A DNA stretch of 64,000 bases from an uncultured Candidatus Saccharibacteria bacterium. GTDB taxonomy: Bacteria > Patescibacteriota > Minisyncoccia > Minisyncoccales > JANBVM01. Positions 53,585 to 63,013 of this stretch are shown here, in pieces; position 1 is the stretch's first letter, and each line of letters opens with the position of its first letter. A program made the position numbers and the translations under genes. The DNA lies in contig CAYVDD010000001.1 in the NCBI GenBank assembly GCA_964450805.1, positions 254,365 through 318,364 of the forward strand, in the 5' to 3' direction. Below the pieces are notes generated by a model, which did not search any database, was not told the DNA's origin, and was given only the letters and a program-made list of their open reading frames with translations.

Positions 53585-55006
53585 TTAATCTTGAGATGTT
53601 TTTCTTCTTAAAAATGCAGGTCTTTCCCAAAGCTTTTCTTTAGAAACTATTTCAGCCTCTTCTTCTTCCATTTCTTTTTTAATCTGTAAAGCATTTTTTC
53701 TTATTTTTACATTTTCTTTTTGTTCAACAGGTTGAACTAAAGATAACGGGGTTTCTAAAACTCTTACTGATTTGGGAGACTTAATCTTTTTAATTTTAAC
53801 TTTTATTTTTTTTACCTTTTTTATTCTTTTCATTTTTACTTTTTCCTCTTTCCTTGCTTTAGATTCGGTTAAAACTTTAACTTTTTCTTTGCTCTTTTTA
53901 ATAAGACCTATTTCATTACAGCCAGTACCCAACAAAGTTATTTTAATTCTTGGATTTTTGCTTTCTCGAGAAACACCAAAAATAATTTTTGCTTCTTTAC
54001 TTGCCAGATTGGAAATGGTTTCAGCAATCTGATTAACCTGAAGCAAAGAAAGGTCTTTCTGGCCTGAGATATTGAATAAAACTCCTTTAGCTCCACTAAT
54101 ACCATAAGAATAAAGCGGGTAATTTATTATTTTATCAAGCGCATCTTTGTCATCATCTTTTGAAAGTTCCATTGAGTTTAGATAAGTTAACTTTCCCCTG
54201 CCATCAAAAATAGTTCTTAAATCAGCAAAATCAATATTAATTAATCCTGGCTTATATATTATCTTAATTAAACTCTGAATACTATTTGATAAGTTCCTGT
54301 TAATAGCTGATAAAGCTTTTTTAAGAGGTGCACTTCTATCAATGATCTGAAAGATTCTTTCATTGGGAATAATAGAAAAAGCATTTAATTCTGTACTCAA
54401 GCTTTCTAAAGATTTTCTGGCAGTTTCTATTTTTTTATCTCCTTCAAAATTAAAAGGTAGGGTAAAAATACCATAGGTTAAATTATTTAGACTTTTTGAT
54501 AGTTTTGCAAAAATTGGTGCTGCCCCAGAGCCCAGTCCTCCTCCCAAACAAGAAACTAAAATAATAAAATCCTGATCTTTTAATATTTCCTTAATCCTAT
54601 CTCTTTCGTATCTAGCAGCTTCTTCACCTATACTAGCATTCATGCCAGTACCCAATCCATAAGTTAAAGATTCACCAAACTGAAACTTTTTAACTTTTTT
54701 AGATAATGAACTTAAAGCTTTAATGTCTGTATTTGCTGCGTAAAAAGAAGCTCCTTTTATTTTTTGAGCAATTTCAGAAACTATAGAACCTCCGCCACCA
54801 CCGATACCAATCAGCCTGATTTTTATTTTTTTTATTGGTTTTCCATCCTCTTCAAACCCGGTTTTTCTAGGTCTTCCTCTTTTTCTAGGTCTTCCTCTTT
54901 TTCTAAGCATGCCTATTTTTTTTGGTCTTCCTCTTTTTCTAGGTCTTCCTCTTTTTCTTTTTAAGGTAGTTTTTTTACGCTTATTTATTTTTTTTCTTCT
55001 TGCCAT
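53585..55006 (-). CDS. ftsZ: FtsZ-family GTPase with four N-terminal AT-hook motifs
   Basis: GIGGGG, ANTD, GGGLGSG, PFNFEG, INIDFAD, C-terminal PAFLRR; N-terminal KRGRPR/K x4. Confidence 0.85.
   Translation of the reverse strand: MARRKKINKRKKTTLKRKRGRPRKRGRPKKIGMLRKRGRPRKRGRPRKTGFEEDGKPIKKIKIRLIGIGGGGGSIVSEIAQKIKGASFYAANTDIKALSSLSKKVKKFQFGESLTYGLGTGMNASIGEEAARYERDRIKEILKDQDFIILVSCLGGGLGSGAAPIFAKLSKSLNNLTYGIFTLPFNFEGDKKIETARKSLESLSTELNAFSIIPNERIFQIIDRSAPLKKALSAINRNLSNSIQSLIKIIYKPGLINIDFADLRTIFDGRGKLTYLNSMELSKDDDKDALDKIINYPLYSYGISGAKGVLFNISGQKDLSLLQVNQIAETISNLASKEAKIIFGVSRESKNPRIKITLLGTGCNEIGLIKKSKEKVKVLTESKARKEEKVKMKRIKKVKKIKVKIKKIKSPKSVRVLETPLSLVQPVEQKENVKIRKNALQIKKEMEEEEAEIVSKEKLWERPAFLRRKTSQD
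54863..54952. repeat. Four 18-nt units (TTTTCTAGGTCTTCCTCT) in two tandem pairs, encoding the AT-hooks
   Basis: Copies at 54863, 54881, 54917 (variant), 54935. Confidence 0.9.
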
Positions 55007-55012
55007 TGTTTA

Positions 55013-55041
55013 AGTATAAGATTTTCACTATAAATGGTCAA
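55013..55041 (-). promoter_or_regulatory. Promoter TTGACC-17-TATACT, 6 nt before ftsZ-like ATG (leaderless)
   Basis: Direct motif and spacing. Confidence 0.7.
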
Positions 55042-55205
55042 ATTGATAATAATTATATCAAGTTTTAATAAAAATAAAAATAAAATGCTTTACGTTTTTG
55101 ATTTTTGGAATAAAAAAAAGACTTTTTTTTAGTAAAAAGTCATAAAGTCATTTACCGCTTGACAAAATCCTAAGGAAAAAGATATCCTAAAAACAAAATA
55201 TAAAA

Positions 55206-55382
55206 GTGAAGAAGCTGCTATCAGACGAACAAAGAAAAAAAGAAATAGAACATTTAAAAAAGGTGAGGGATATTATATTAGACTTATGCGTTTTAGAAGG
55301 GAAAGGGGGTAAAGGCGAATACCTAAAAATCCTAAACAATAAAATTGAGGAATTACAAAAGGGTTCTTGCGGTAAAATTTAA
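55206..55382 (+). CDS. Small hypothetical protein (58 aa, GTG start), not in ORF track
   Basis: MKKLLSDEQRKKEIEHLKKVRDIILDLC...; TTGACA-18-TATCCT upstream; hairpin plus T-run at ~55389-55419. Confidence 0.5.
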   Translation: MKKLLSDEQRKKEIEHLKKVRDIILDLCVLEGKGGKGEYLKILNNKIEELQKGSCGKI

Positions 55383-55510
55383 TTAAGCAGAAGGTTGTTT
55401 ATCTATCCTTCTTTTTTTTATGAGCTGATATTAGAATCTGTCTTATAAAATAAAAAAAAGCGGGTGGATATAACAACCGCACCGCCGATTATTCTATTCT
55501 AAAGAACTAT

Positions 55511-55717
55511 TTATTCATAATCATAAGATTCATTCCATATCTTTTTATTGTTTAAAAAAACGATTGCTTCTTTATGCGGATAGCCGTGCACTCCAATCTT
55601 ACCCTCTATGATAAGACTAAACTTATCATTTCTGTCTACTATATTTACCGCTAAATCATCTATATACTTTTTCATCCCAATAATTATTTTATTCAGAAAA
55701 TCTGTTTTTTTTACCAA
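55511..55717 (-). CDS. Small hypothetical protein downstream of Thr attenuator
   Basis: TTG start preceded by GAGGTG. Confidence 0.5.
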   Translation of the reverse strand: MVKKTDFLNKIIIGMKKYIDDLAVNIVDRNDKFSLIIEGKIGVHGYPHKEAIVFLNNKKIWNESYDYE

Positions 55718-55744
55718 TTTTTATTTCACCTCTTTTTTTTATTA

Positions 55745-55870
55745 AAAATAAAAACCTCTTTTTGAAAAGAGGTTGGTCAAAAGATATTTTAAAACCGCAA
55801 AACCAACCCCTTAAAAAAAGGTTGTAGTTGTGGTAATGGTAATATCTTTAAGAAAATAACGTATATTCAT
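55745..55870 (-). promoter_or_regulatory. Thr/Ile leader-peptide transcription attenuator
   Basis: Leader ORF 55870-55811 MNIRYFLKDITITTTTTFF*; antiterminator AAGGGGTTGGT/ACCAACCTCTT; terminator AACCTCTTTT-CA-AAAAGAGGTT plus T-rich tail. Confidence 0.8.
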
Positions 55871-55964
55871 AACTTGGCTCTTTTATATAAGACGATTTTT
55901 TTACTATTTTATTACACTTAATAACAATAAAAAAAGTATCTCGGTCTATATATTAAACTGGCTG

Positions 55965-56036
55965 TTGGAGAGCCAGGATTCGAACCTGGAATTTTCACGT
56001 CCAGAGCGTGACGTCTTACCATTCGACTACTCTCCA
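55965..56036 (-). tRNA. tRNA-Gln(CTG)
   Basis: TGGAGAG acceptor stem, CT-CTG-GA loop, GTTCGAATC. Confidence 0.93.
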
Positions 56037-56039
56037 ATA

Positions 56040-56948
56040 TTAAACCTTTAAATAACGTTTGATTGCAATACTGCTTGAGAATGTTCCTAATCCTACACCA
56101 GTAACAAGCTGTAGGAATAATAAAGCCCAGAAATTACTTACAAATATATTAAATAAACTAAATCCATAGAAAAAATTCTCTATACCAGGACTTAAAGACC
56201 AGCTTAACAGGCTGAAAAGAAAAAGACAAATAAAAGTAGCAATCAGCCCAGAAATTGCCCCCTGAACCAGGAAAGGTCCTTTAATTGAATTATTAGAAGC
56301 ACCAACAAGCCTCTGAATCTTTATCTCCTTACTAGAATTATAAATAGACAATCTAATAGTATTAAAAGCAACTAAAACTGCTATTAACATTGAAGCGATT
56401 GAGATGAAAATCCCGATTCTAGTAACAGAAGAACTTAGAGAAGAAACTCTTTCAATAATTGATTTGCGTTCATAAAAATCAATTTTTTCAATCAAATCCT
56501 GAAAATCAGCGGTCTCTAAAAAACTAGAAACTGCTCCATACTGGCTTGGCTCCCAGGCCTTAATACTTAAAGAGGCTAAAAAAGGATTTCTTCCCACTTC
56601 CTCAACTGATTCTATTAAGGTAGGGTCTTTTTCATGCCTTTCAATAAATTCTACTAAAGCCTGGTCTGATGAAATATATTCTACTTTTTTTACTTCTGGA
56701 AATTTAGCAATTTCTTTTCTAATACCTAATATATCATCCTCATCTGCTTGTTCTGTAAAATAAACTGAAATGTCAATTTTTTCTTGGGCGCTTGTAATAA
56801 TAAAGCTGCTCAGATTTGTAAAAAGAAAGAGAGAACTAACCAAGCTGATTGCTAAAAACAAAATAAAGATTGTTGCTAAAGCAACTTCTTTGTCCCGTGA
56901 AAAAATCTGCCAGCCTGCACGAAATATTCTTTTAATTGAAAAAATCAT
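56040..56948 (-). CDS. ftsX: Cell division permease FtsX
   Basis: ISVYF, NPFLAS, NTIRLSI, EI.I.RLVGA, PFLVQG. Confidence 0.93.
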   Translation of the reverse strand: MIFSIKRIFRAGWQIFSRDKEVALATIFILFLAISLVSSLFLFTNLSSFIITSAQEKIDISVYFTEQADEDDILGIRKEIAKFPEVKKVEYISSDQALVEFIERHEKDPTLIESVEEVGRNPFLASLSIKAWEPSQYGAVSSFLETADFQDLIEKIDFYERKSIIERVSSLSSSVTRIGIFISIASMLIAVLVAFNTIRLSIYNSSKEIKIQRLVGASNNSIKGPFLVQGAISGLIATFICLFLFSLLSWSLSPGIENFFYGFSLFNIFVSNFWALLFLQLVTGVGLGTFSSSIAIKRYLKV

Positions 56949-56975
56949 GTTCTAATTAATAATTAGTATTTTAAT

Positions 56976-57677
56976 TTAAAGTATGAATCTTCCTCTTTTT
57001 TCATCCCTTATAATTCTTCCTTTTTCCAAAGTAATTACTCTTTTTCCCAATTTATTAATGACTTCCCTGTCATGAGTAGACAAAACAACAGTAGTTCCCA
57101 TTTTATTTATTTTAAGCAAAAGTTCTATTATGTCTAAAGTATGATATGGGTCTAAATTTCCAGTTGGTTCATCCGCTAAAATAACTCCAGGCCTGTGAAT
57201 TAAGGCTCTGGCAATAGCTGCTCTCTGCCGTTCTCCTCCAGAAAGCTGGGCTGGAAAATTATTGGCCCTGTCTTTTAGGCCAACTATTTCTAAAATTATT
57301 GGTACAGCTTTTTTAATCTCTTTATCTGAAGCTCCAATCACTTCTAAAATATAGGATATATTTTCGTAAGTTGTTTTTGAAGGAAGCAATTTGTAATCCT
57401 GAAAAACTGCTCCTATTTTTCTTCTTAAATACGGTAAATCTTCTGGTTCTATTTTATGAACATCCTGCTCTTTAAAAAAAACTCTGCCTTTTGTCGGCTT
57501 TTCTTCAGCTAAAAGAAGTTTTAAAAGAGTTGTTTTGCCAGCCCCTGATTTTCCTACAATTGAAACAAAATCCTTTGGTTTTATTTCAAAAGAAACATCT
57601 GCCAAAGCTATTGTTGGTTTAAAGCCAGAAACATGACAAGGATAGATTTTTGTAATATTTTCAAACTTAATCATCAC
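56976..57677 (-). CDS. ftsE: Cell division ATPase FtsE
   Basis: GKSGAGKT, VFQDYKLL, LSGGE.QR, ADEPTGNLD. Confidence 0.95.
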   Translation of the reverse strand: MMIKFENITKIYPCHVSGFKPTIALADVSFEIKPKDFVSIVGKSGAGKTTLLKLLLAEEKPTKGRVFFKEQDVHKIEPEDLPYLRRKIGAVFQDYKLLPSKTTYENISYILEVIGASDKEIKKAVPIILEIVGLKDRANNFPAQLSGGERQRAAIARALIHRPGVILADEPTGNLDPYHTLDIIELLLKINKMGTTVVLSTHDREVINKLGKRVITLEKGRIIRDEKRGRFIL

Positions 57678-58732
57678 CTTTTAAACGAATTTCTGCTTCA
57701 ATGAATTCATCTAAATCACCATTTAATACTTGTTCAATTTTAGCAGTTTCCTTTTCAGTTCTTAAATCCTTTACTAATTTATATGGATGAAGAACATAGC
57801 TTCTGATCTGATTTCCCCAGCTCGCAGATATCTTTTCTCCTTTAATTTTTGAAACCTTTTGTTTCTGGTTTTCTTTATAAAACTTGTGAAGTCGGGAATA
57901 AAGAAGCTCAGTTGCCTTTTTTTTATTACTAGCCTGAGATCTTTCTGATTGGCAGGCAGCAATAATTTTAGTTGGCAGGTGTGTAATTCTAACTGCTGTT
58001 TCACGTTTATTAACATACTGACCGCCTGGACCAGAAGCTCTGAAAACTTCAATTTTTAAATCTTCAGGCTTTACCTGTATATCTTCCAATTCTTCAATCT
58101 TAGGCATCACTTCAACCAAAGCAAAAGAAGTATGTCTTATTCCTTTGGCTGAAAAAGGAGAAATTCTGACCAATCTATGAACTCCACTTTCTTTTTTTAA
58201 AAAACCATAAGAAAACTTTCCCTTGATTTCTAAAGTAACTGATTTAGTTCCAATTCTTCCTTCAGGACCTCCAGCTTCAGCAAAAGATTGATTCAGGATT
58301 TTAGTTTTAAATTTTTTATTCTCGCAATATCTTTCATACATTCTAAGCAGCATTGTTGCCCAATCCTGGGCATCCTGACCTCCAGCTCCAGAATAGATTG
58401 ATAAAATTGCATTTCCTCTATCGTATTTCCCTAAAAAAAGAGTTTGAATTTCTTTTTCTTTTAATCTGCCTTCAATCTCTTTAATATCTTCTTCGTTTTT
58501 TAATTCCTCTATCTCTTTTTTTAACTTATCAAATTCAGCTAATTCTTGCGTTATTTGACTGGTTTTTTGGGTTATTTTTACTGCTTTTTCCTTATCCTGC
58601 CAGAGATTTGGGTCTTGAACCTGTTTCTCTAATTCTTTTAAATTCTTTCTTTTGTTTTCAATGTCAAAGCCAGTCCATCAATTGATGGAGTTTAATTTTT
58701 AAATCTTCAATTCTCTCGTTTAAGTTTTCCAT
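57667..58732 (-). CDS. prfB: Peptide chain release factor 2, programmed +1 frameshift at CTT-TGA-C (58669-58663)
   Basis: 22-codon ORF MENLNERIEDLKIKLHQLMDWL then +1 frame DIENK...DPNLWQD...GAGG.DA.DW, SPF, GGQ, WGNQIRSY; 354 aa. Confidence 0.95.
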
Positions 58733-58780
58733 ATTGAAAATAATAACATAAATCTGCTTAAAATAAAAGAAAATTACTTG

Positions 58781-58853
58781 AGCCAGTGGTCAGGATTGAA
58801 CTGACGGCCTAGCGCTTACGAAGCGCTTGCTCTGCCAACTGAGCTACACTGGC
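58781..58853 (-). tRNA. tRNA-Thr(CGT)
   Basis: GCCAGTG acceptor stem, TT-CGT-AA loop. Confidence 0.95.
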
Positions 58854-58861
58854 AAATATCA

Positions 58862-58932
58862 AGCAGGTGACGGGAATCGAACCCGCGTAACTTGCTTGGG
58901 AAGCAAGCACACTGCCATTATGTTACACCTGC
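58862..58932 (-). tRNA. tRNA-Gly(CCC)
   Basis: GCAGGTG acceptor stem, TT-CCC-AA loop. Confidence 0.95.
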
Positions 58933-58944
58933 GCATTATTTTTG

Positions 58945-59361
58945 CTAGTCTTTGTTAATTATTTTATTAAAAAAATCTTTAACAACTTCCAGTATTTCCT
59001 GAATAAAACTTTTTTCTGAAACAGTTTCTTCTTTCTGTGCACTTTCCGGACCTAAAACCACAACTTGTTGTTCCCCTTCTTTCACATATCCCTGTTCTCT
59101 CACCCTCTCCTCCCAGTAAACATCTTTCTGAGTTTCTGAAATGCCTGCTTCCAGTCTTTGTTTTTCATTCTCAAGCATCTGGATTTCTTCTGTCAAACTT
59201 TCAATTCTTTTACTTAACTCCCCTCTTTTTTTAATAATCCTATAATTTGAAATTATTAAATAACTTATAAAGAATATAAATAAAAGCACAAATATGACTT
59301 GGAAAAACAAATCTTCTCTTCTTGAACCAGACTTTTTTTGTCTTTTAGATTTTGCTATCAT
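58945..59361 (-). CDS. Septum formation initiator FtsB/DivIC
   Basis: TM, coiled coil, E..REQGYVKEGE. Confidence 0.85.
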   Translation of the reverse strand: MIAKSKRQKKSGSRREDLFFQVIFVLLFIFFISYLIISNYRIIKKRGELSKRIESLTEEIQMLENEKQRLEAGISETQKDVYWEERVREQGYVKEGEQQVVVLGPESAQKEETVSEKSFIQEILEVVKDFFNKIINKD

Positions 59362-59378
59362 AAACTAATCTTTGCTTT

Positions 59379-59483
59379 ATGAAAAAGAAACAAACTCGAA
59401 AAATATTTAAAACAATGTGGATTTTTCTGGTAGTCTTGATCGTTTTAAGTATGGTTTCATTTCTGATTGCTCCTCTTTTATAA
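59379..59483 (+). CDS. 34-aa single-pass membrane peptide (DUF4044/Prli42-like), not in ORF track
   Basis: MKKKQTRKIFKTMWIFLVVLIVLSMVSFLIAPLL*; TGcTATCAT -10 upstream. Confidence 0.65.
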   Translation: MKKKQTRKIFKTMWIFLVVLIVLSMVSFLIAPLL

Positions 59484-59517
59484 TGCTAATAAAATTTTAG
59501 CAAGCAGGTCAACTCTA

Positions 59518-61293
59518 TTAACTTTCTTTAAATATCTCTAAAAATACTTTTGAGGGGATGCTTACTTGTCCCCTTATCTTCAGTTTTTTCTTACCTTTTT
59601 TTTGTCTTTCAAGCAACTTTCTTTTTCTTGTTACATCACCTCCGTACAAAGGAGCAGTAACATCTCTTCTTCTTGCTTTTATTGTTTCTCTGGCAATTAT
59701 TCTTCCTGAAATTACTGCCTGAACAGGAACAGAAAAAAGCTGGGGAGGCAAGACTTCTTTTAATTTTACAACTATCTTTCTTCCTTGTTTATAGGCTTCG
59801 TCCTTTTCAACAATCTTTGAAAGAACATCTTCTTTTTTTCCTGCAATTAAAACATCAAGTTTAACCAAGTCAGCAGGCCTATAGCCCAAAACTTCGTAAT
59901 TCATTGAAGCAAAACCTTGGCTTACTCCTTTTAATTTATCAAAAAATCCAACAACTATTTTCCGCAAAGGGATTTCATAAATTAAAATTAATTTTTCCTG
60001 GCTTAGATATCTTGTTTCAATCTGATTTGCCTTTGAATCTTTTAATAGTCCTGAAACAGCTCCTAAATAATTAAGAGGAGTAATAATTTCTAATTTCACC
60101 CAAGGTTCTTGAGCTTGTTTAATTTCCACTCTCTCTGGCCAATCTCCAGCAGAATAAATAAATCTTTCATTGCCTTTTCTATTAATTACCTTGTAAACAA
60201 CAGAGGGGACAGAAATAATTAAGTTTAAATCAAACTCTCTTTTCAGGCGTTCACAAATTATTTCAGCATGAAGACTGCCTAAGAAACCACAGCGGAAGCC
60301 TCTGCCTAAAAACTCTTTTCTTTCTCTTTCAAAAACAAGCGATGCATCGTTTAATTTTAGCTTTTTTAAAGCTTCCTGGAGCATCTCAAAATCATTCGGG
60401 TCTTCAGAATAAATAGAAGCAAAAACCATTGGTCTAGGTTTTTTATAGCCTGGCAAAGCTTTTATTTGCTTTGTTTTTATACTAGTCATTGTTTCACCAA
60501 CCCTGATATTCGCAAACTCTTTTACTCCTGTAGCAACATATCCAATCTCACCTGCTTTAATCTCCTGACAAGGCTTTAATTCTGGTGAAAAATATCCGAC
60601 TTCTTTAACTTGAGTTTCTATTTTCCCCTGAATCAAATAAATCCTATCGCCAGCTTTAACTTTCCCATCAAATAATCTTACATAAACTATAACGCCTTTG
60701 TAGGCATCGTATTTTGAATCAAAAATTAAAGCTTTTAATGGTTTGCTCTCATCTCCTTTTGGCGGAGGAACTTTATCAACAACAGACTGCAAAATATTTT
60801 CAACATTAGTGCCTTTTTTCCCTGATATTGCAAAAATCTCATCTTTAGAAACATTAAGTATCTTTGAGATATCTTTTTTTGTTTCTTCAACCTGAGCATG
60901 GACAAGGTCGATTTTGTTTGCTGCTGAAATAATAATTAAGTTTTGTTTTTGAGCTAAATCCAAATTAGCCAAGGTTTGAGCCTGAATTCCTTTTGTTGCA
61001 TCAACAAGCAAAATCCCTCCTTCAACCGCTGTTAAACTTCTGGAAACCTCATAATTAAAATCAACATGACCAGGCGTGTCTATTAAATTAAGAACATAGC
61101 CTTTCCAATTCATTCTTACTGGCTGCATTTTAATGGTGATTCCTTTTTCCCTTTCCAGATCCATCATGTCTAAGAATTGAGAGTGCATCTTTTCTTTGGG
61201 AATAGTGCCGGTAATCTCTAAAAACCTATCAGCTAAAGTTGATTTTCCATGGTCAATGTGGCTAAAAATAATAAAGTTTCTAGTATTATTCAT
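59518..61293 (-). CDS. lepA: Elongation factor 4
   Basis: HIDHGKSTLADR, DTPGH, GFRCGFLG.LH, YGGDVTRKRKLL. Confidence 0.97.
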   Translation of the reverse strand: MNNTRNFIIFSHIDHGKSTLADRFLEITGTIPKEKMHSQFLDMMDLEREKGITIKMQPVRMNWKGYVLNLIDTPGHVDFNYEVSRSLTAVEGGILLVDATKGIQAQTLANLDLAQKQNLIIISAANKIDLVHAQVEETKKDISKILNVSKDEIFAISGKKGTNVENILQSVVDKVPPPKGDESKPLKALIFDSKYDAYKGVIVYVRLFDGKVKAGDRIYLIQGKIETQVKEVGYFSPELKPCQEIKAGEIGYVATGVKEFANIRVGETMTSIKTKQIKALPGYKKPRPMVFASIYSEDPNDFEMLQEALKKLKLNDASLVFERERKEFLGRGFRCGFLGSLHAEIICERLKREFDLNLIISVPSVVYKVINRKGNERFIYSAGDWPERVEIKQAQEPWVKLEIITPLNYLGAVSGLLKDSKANQIETRYLSQEKLILIYEIPLRKIVVGFFDKLKGVSQGFASMNYEVLGYRPADLVKLDVLIAGKKEDVLSKIVEKDEAYKQGRKIVVKLKEVLPPQLFSVPVQAVISGRIIARETIKARRRDVTAPLYGGDVTRKRKLLERQKKGKKKLKIRGQVSIPSKVFLEIFKES

Positions 61294-62935
61294 AATCATC
61301 AACTCTAGGCAAAAACTTGTTTAAAAACAATGTCTTAACGCTTTGAACTTCAGCTGAACCAAAGATAAAAGTAATAATCAAATAAGCTGAAAAACCAATA
61401 AAACTAATAAGGATTAACTGATAAAGTTCAGAATCTATTAGTTTAATTCGCAAGAAACTGAATTGAACAATAAATATCATTAAGATGCCTGCAACCAAAA
61501 TCTTTAAAAGTGAAATAAGAATTTCTTTTGCCCCAAAATCACCAATTCTTCTTTTAAGAAAAATCAAAAATAAACAAAACTCTAAAGCAAGACTTATTAA
61601 ATAGGCTAAAGGAAAGCCCAAAACAGAAATATCACTAACTTGATAAAGGGAAAAGTTTTTAATTAAAAAATCTTTTAATCCTGCTGCCTGCAAAGAATCT
61701 GGTTTTAAAGCATTGGTTAAAAGTAAGCTAAAAATAATATTTACAATTACAAAAATAACAGCAAGAAAAGTTGGTGTTTTTGTGTCTTTGAAGGAAAAGA
61801 ATGCTCTGAAAAATAAAGGTCTGAGTGATGCAAATAAAATCCCAAAACAGAAGAGCCCTACACTGGCGCTAACAAGCTGTGCTGCTTCAGCGCTGAACTG
61901 ACCGTGTCTTAAAATAAGATTAATTATTTGATTTCTTAAAATAAACATTAAAATAACTACTGGCAGAGCCAAATAAATAATCTGGCGGAAAACCAAAGAA
62001 AAGCTCTTAATAAATTTTTCTTTTTTATTTTCTGACCAAGCACGAGATAATTCTGGAAAAACTGCTGTTGCAAAAGAAATACCAATAATTGCAATTGGGA
62101 AAAGGCGGATATTATTAGCGAAATTAAAAACTGAAATAGAACCAACAACTAAAGTTGAAGCAATGGCATTAATGATAATTGTATTTATCTGCAGGCTGGA
62201 AACTCCAAAAGCCCTAGGAATCATCAGCAAAAACACTTTTTTAATCTTTGGATCTTTGAAATTAAAAACTGGGCTATACCTAAACCCGCAGTTTACTACT
62301 GAAGGAATCTGGATTAAGAAGTGCAACAATGCTCCAACAATAACTCCTAATATTACCCCTAATATTCCTAAGTATGGAGAAAGAAATAGAATACCAAAAA
62401 TGATTGACAGATTATATACAATTGGAGCGAAGCTATAAATTAAAAATCTGTGAAAGTATTGAAGAATGCTGGAAAAAATTGAACTCAATCCAAAAAAAAT
62501 CGGACTCAAAAGCATTAATCTTGTTAAAAGTATTGTTTTATTTATCTGCCAGTCATTAAAACCAGGAGCAATGAGTTTTGTAATATATGGAGTGAATATT
62601 AAAAGAATTAAAGATAAACAAACCAGTAAAAATAAAAAGATATTCAAAGTGTTTGATGTAAACTCCCAAGCTTCATCAGAATCTTTTGAAAAATACTCTG
62701 AAAACAAAGGCAGGAAAGCAGCAACAATTCCTCCTAAAATAAATATTTGATACACAAAATCAGGAATCTTAAAAGCAGCAAAATACACATCAAGCTCCAA
62801 CCCAGCTCCAAAATTCCTAGCCAAAAGCCAATCTCTAATAAGTCCTAAAAATCTGCTCATTAAATGAGATGCAGCTAAAATCACTGCAGCAAAACCCACT
62901 CTTTTTGTTTGATGATTTAAAAAATTTAAATTCAT
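61286..62935 (-). CDS. murJ: Lipid II flippase
   Basis: SRFLGLIRD, AAFKIPD, AFLPLF, RAFF...DTKTP. Confidence 0.93.
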   Translation of the reverse strand: MNLNFLNHQTKRVGFAAVILAASHLMSRFLGLIRDWLLARNFGAGLELDVYFAAFKIPDFVYQIFILGGIVAAFLPLFSEYFSKDSDEAWEFTSNTLNIFLFLLVCLSLILLIFTPYITKLIAPGFNDWQINKTILLTRLMLLSPIFFGLSSIFSSILQYFHRFLIYSFAPIVYNLSIIFGILFLSPYLGILGVILGVIVGALLHFLIQIPSVVNCGFRYSPVFNFKDPKIKKVFLLMIPRAFGVSSLQINTIIINAIASTLVVGSISVFNFANNIRLFPIAIIGISFATAVFPELSRAWSENKKEKFIKSFSLVFRQIIYLALPVVILMFILRNQIINLILRHGQFSAEAAQLVSASVGLFCFGILFASLRPLFFRAFFSFKDTKTPTFLAVIFVIVNIIFSLLLTNALKPDSLQAAGLKDFLIKNFSLYQVSDISVLGFPLAYLISLALEFCLFLIFLKRRIGDFGAKEILISLLKILVAGILMIFIVQFSFLRIKLIDSELYQLILISFIGFSAYLIITFIFGSAEVQSVKTLFLNKFLPRVDDYE

Positions 62936-62979
62936 ATATCTTGTTGTTCTATAAGGCTATTTTACACAAATTATCTCAT

Positions 62980-63008
62980 TTGACAAAGTTTATTAAAATT
63001 AGTAGAAT
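62980..63008 (+). promoter_or_regulatory. rnpB promoter TTGACA-17-TAGAAT
   Basis: Consensus hexamers 5 nt before P1 helix. Confidence 0.8.
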
Positions 63009-63013
63009 ATATT

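Noticed and set aside
54863-54952. 18-nt repeats as CRISPR or iterons
   Set aside because: In-frame coding repeats with no unique spacers
58663-58669. prfB as a pseudogene or UGA recoding
   Set aside because: Canonical programmed frameshift; TGA is used as stop elsewhere and RF2 has SPF, so code 11 fits
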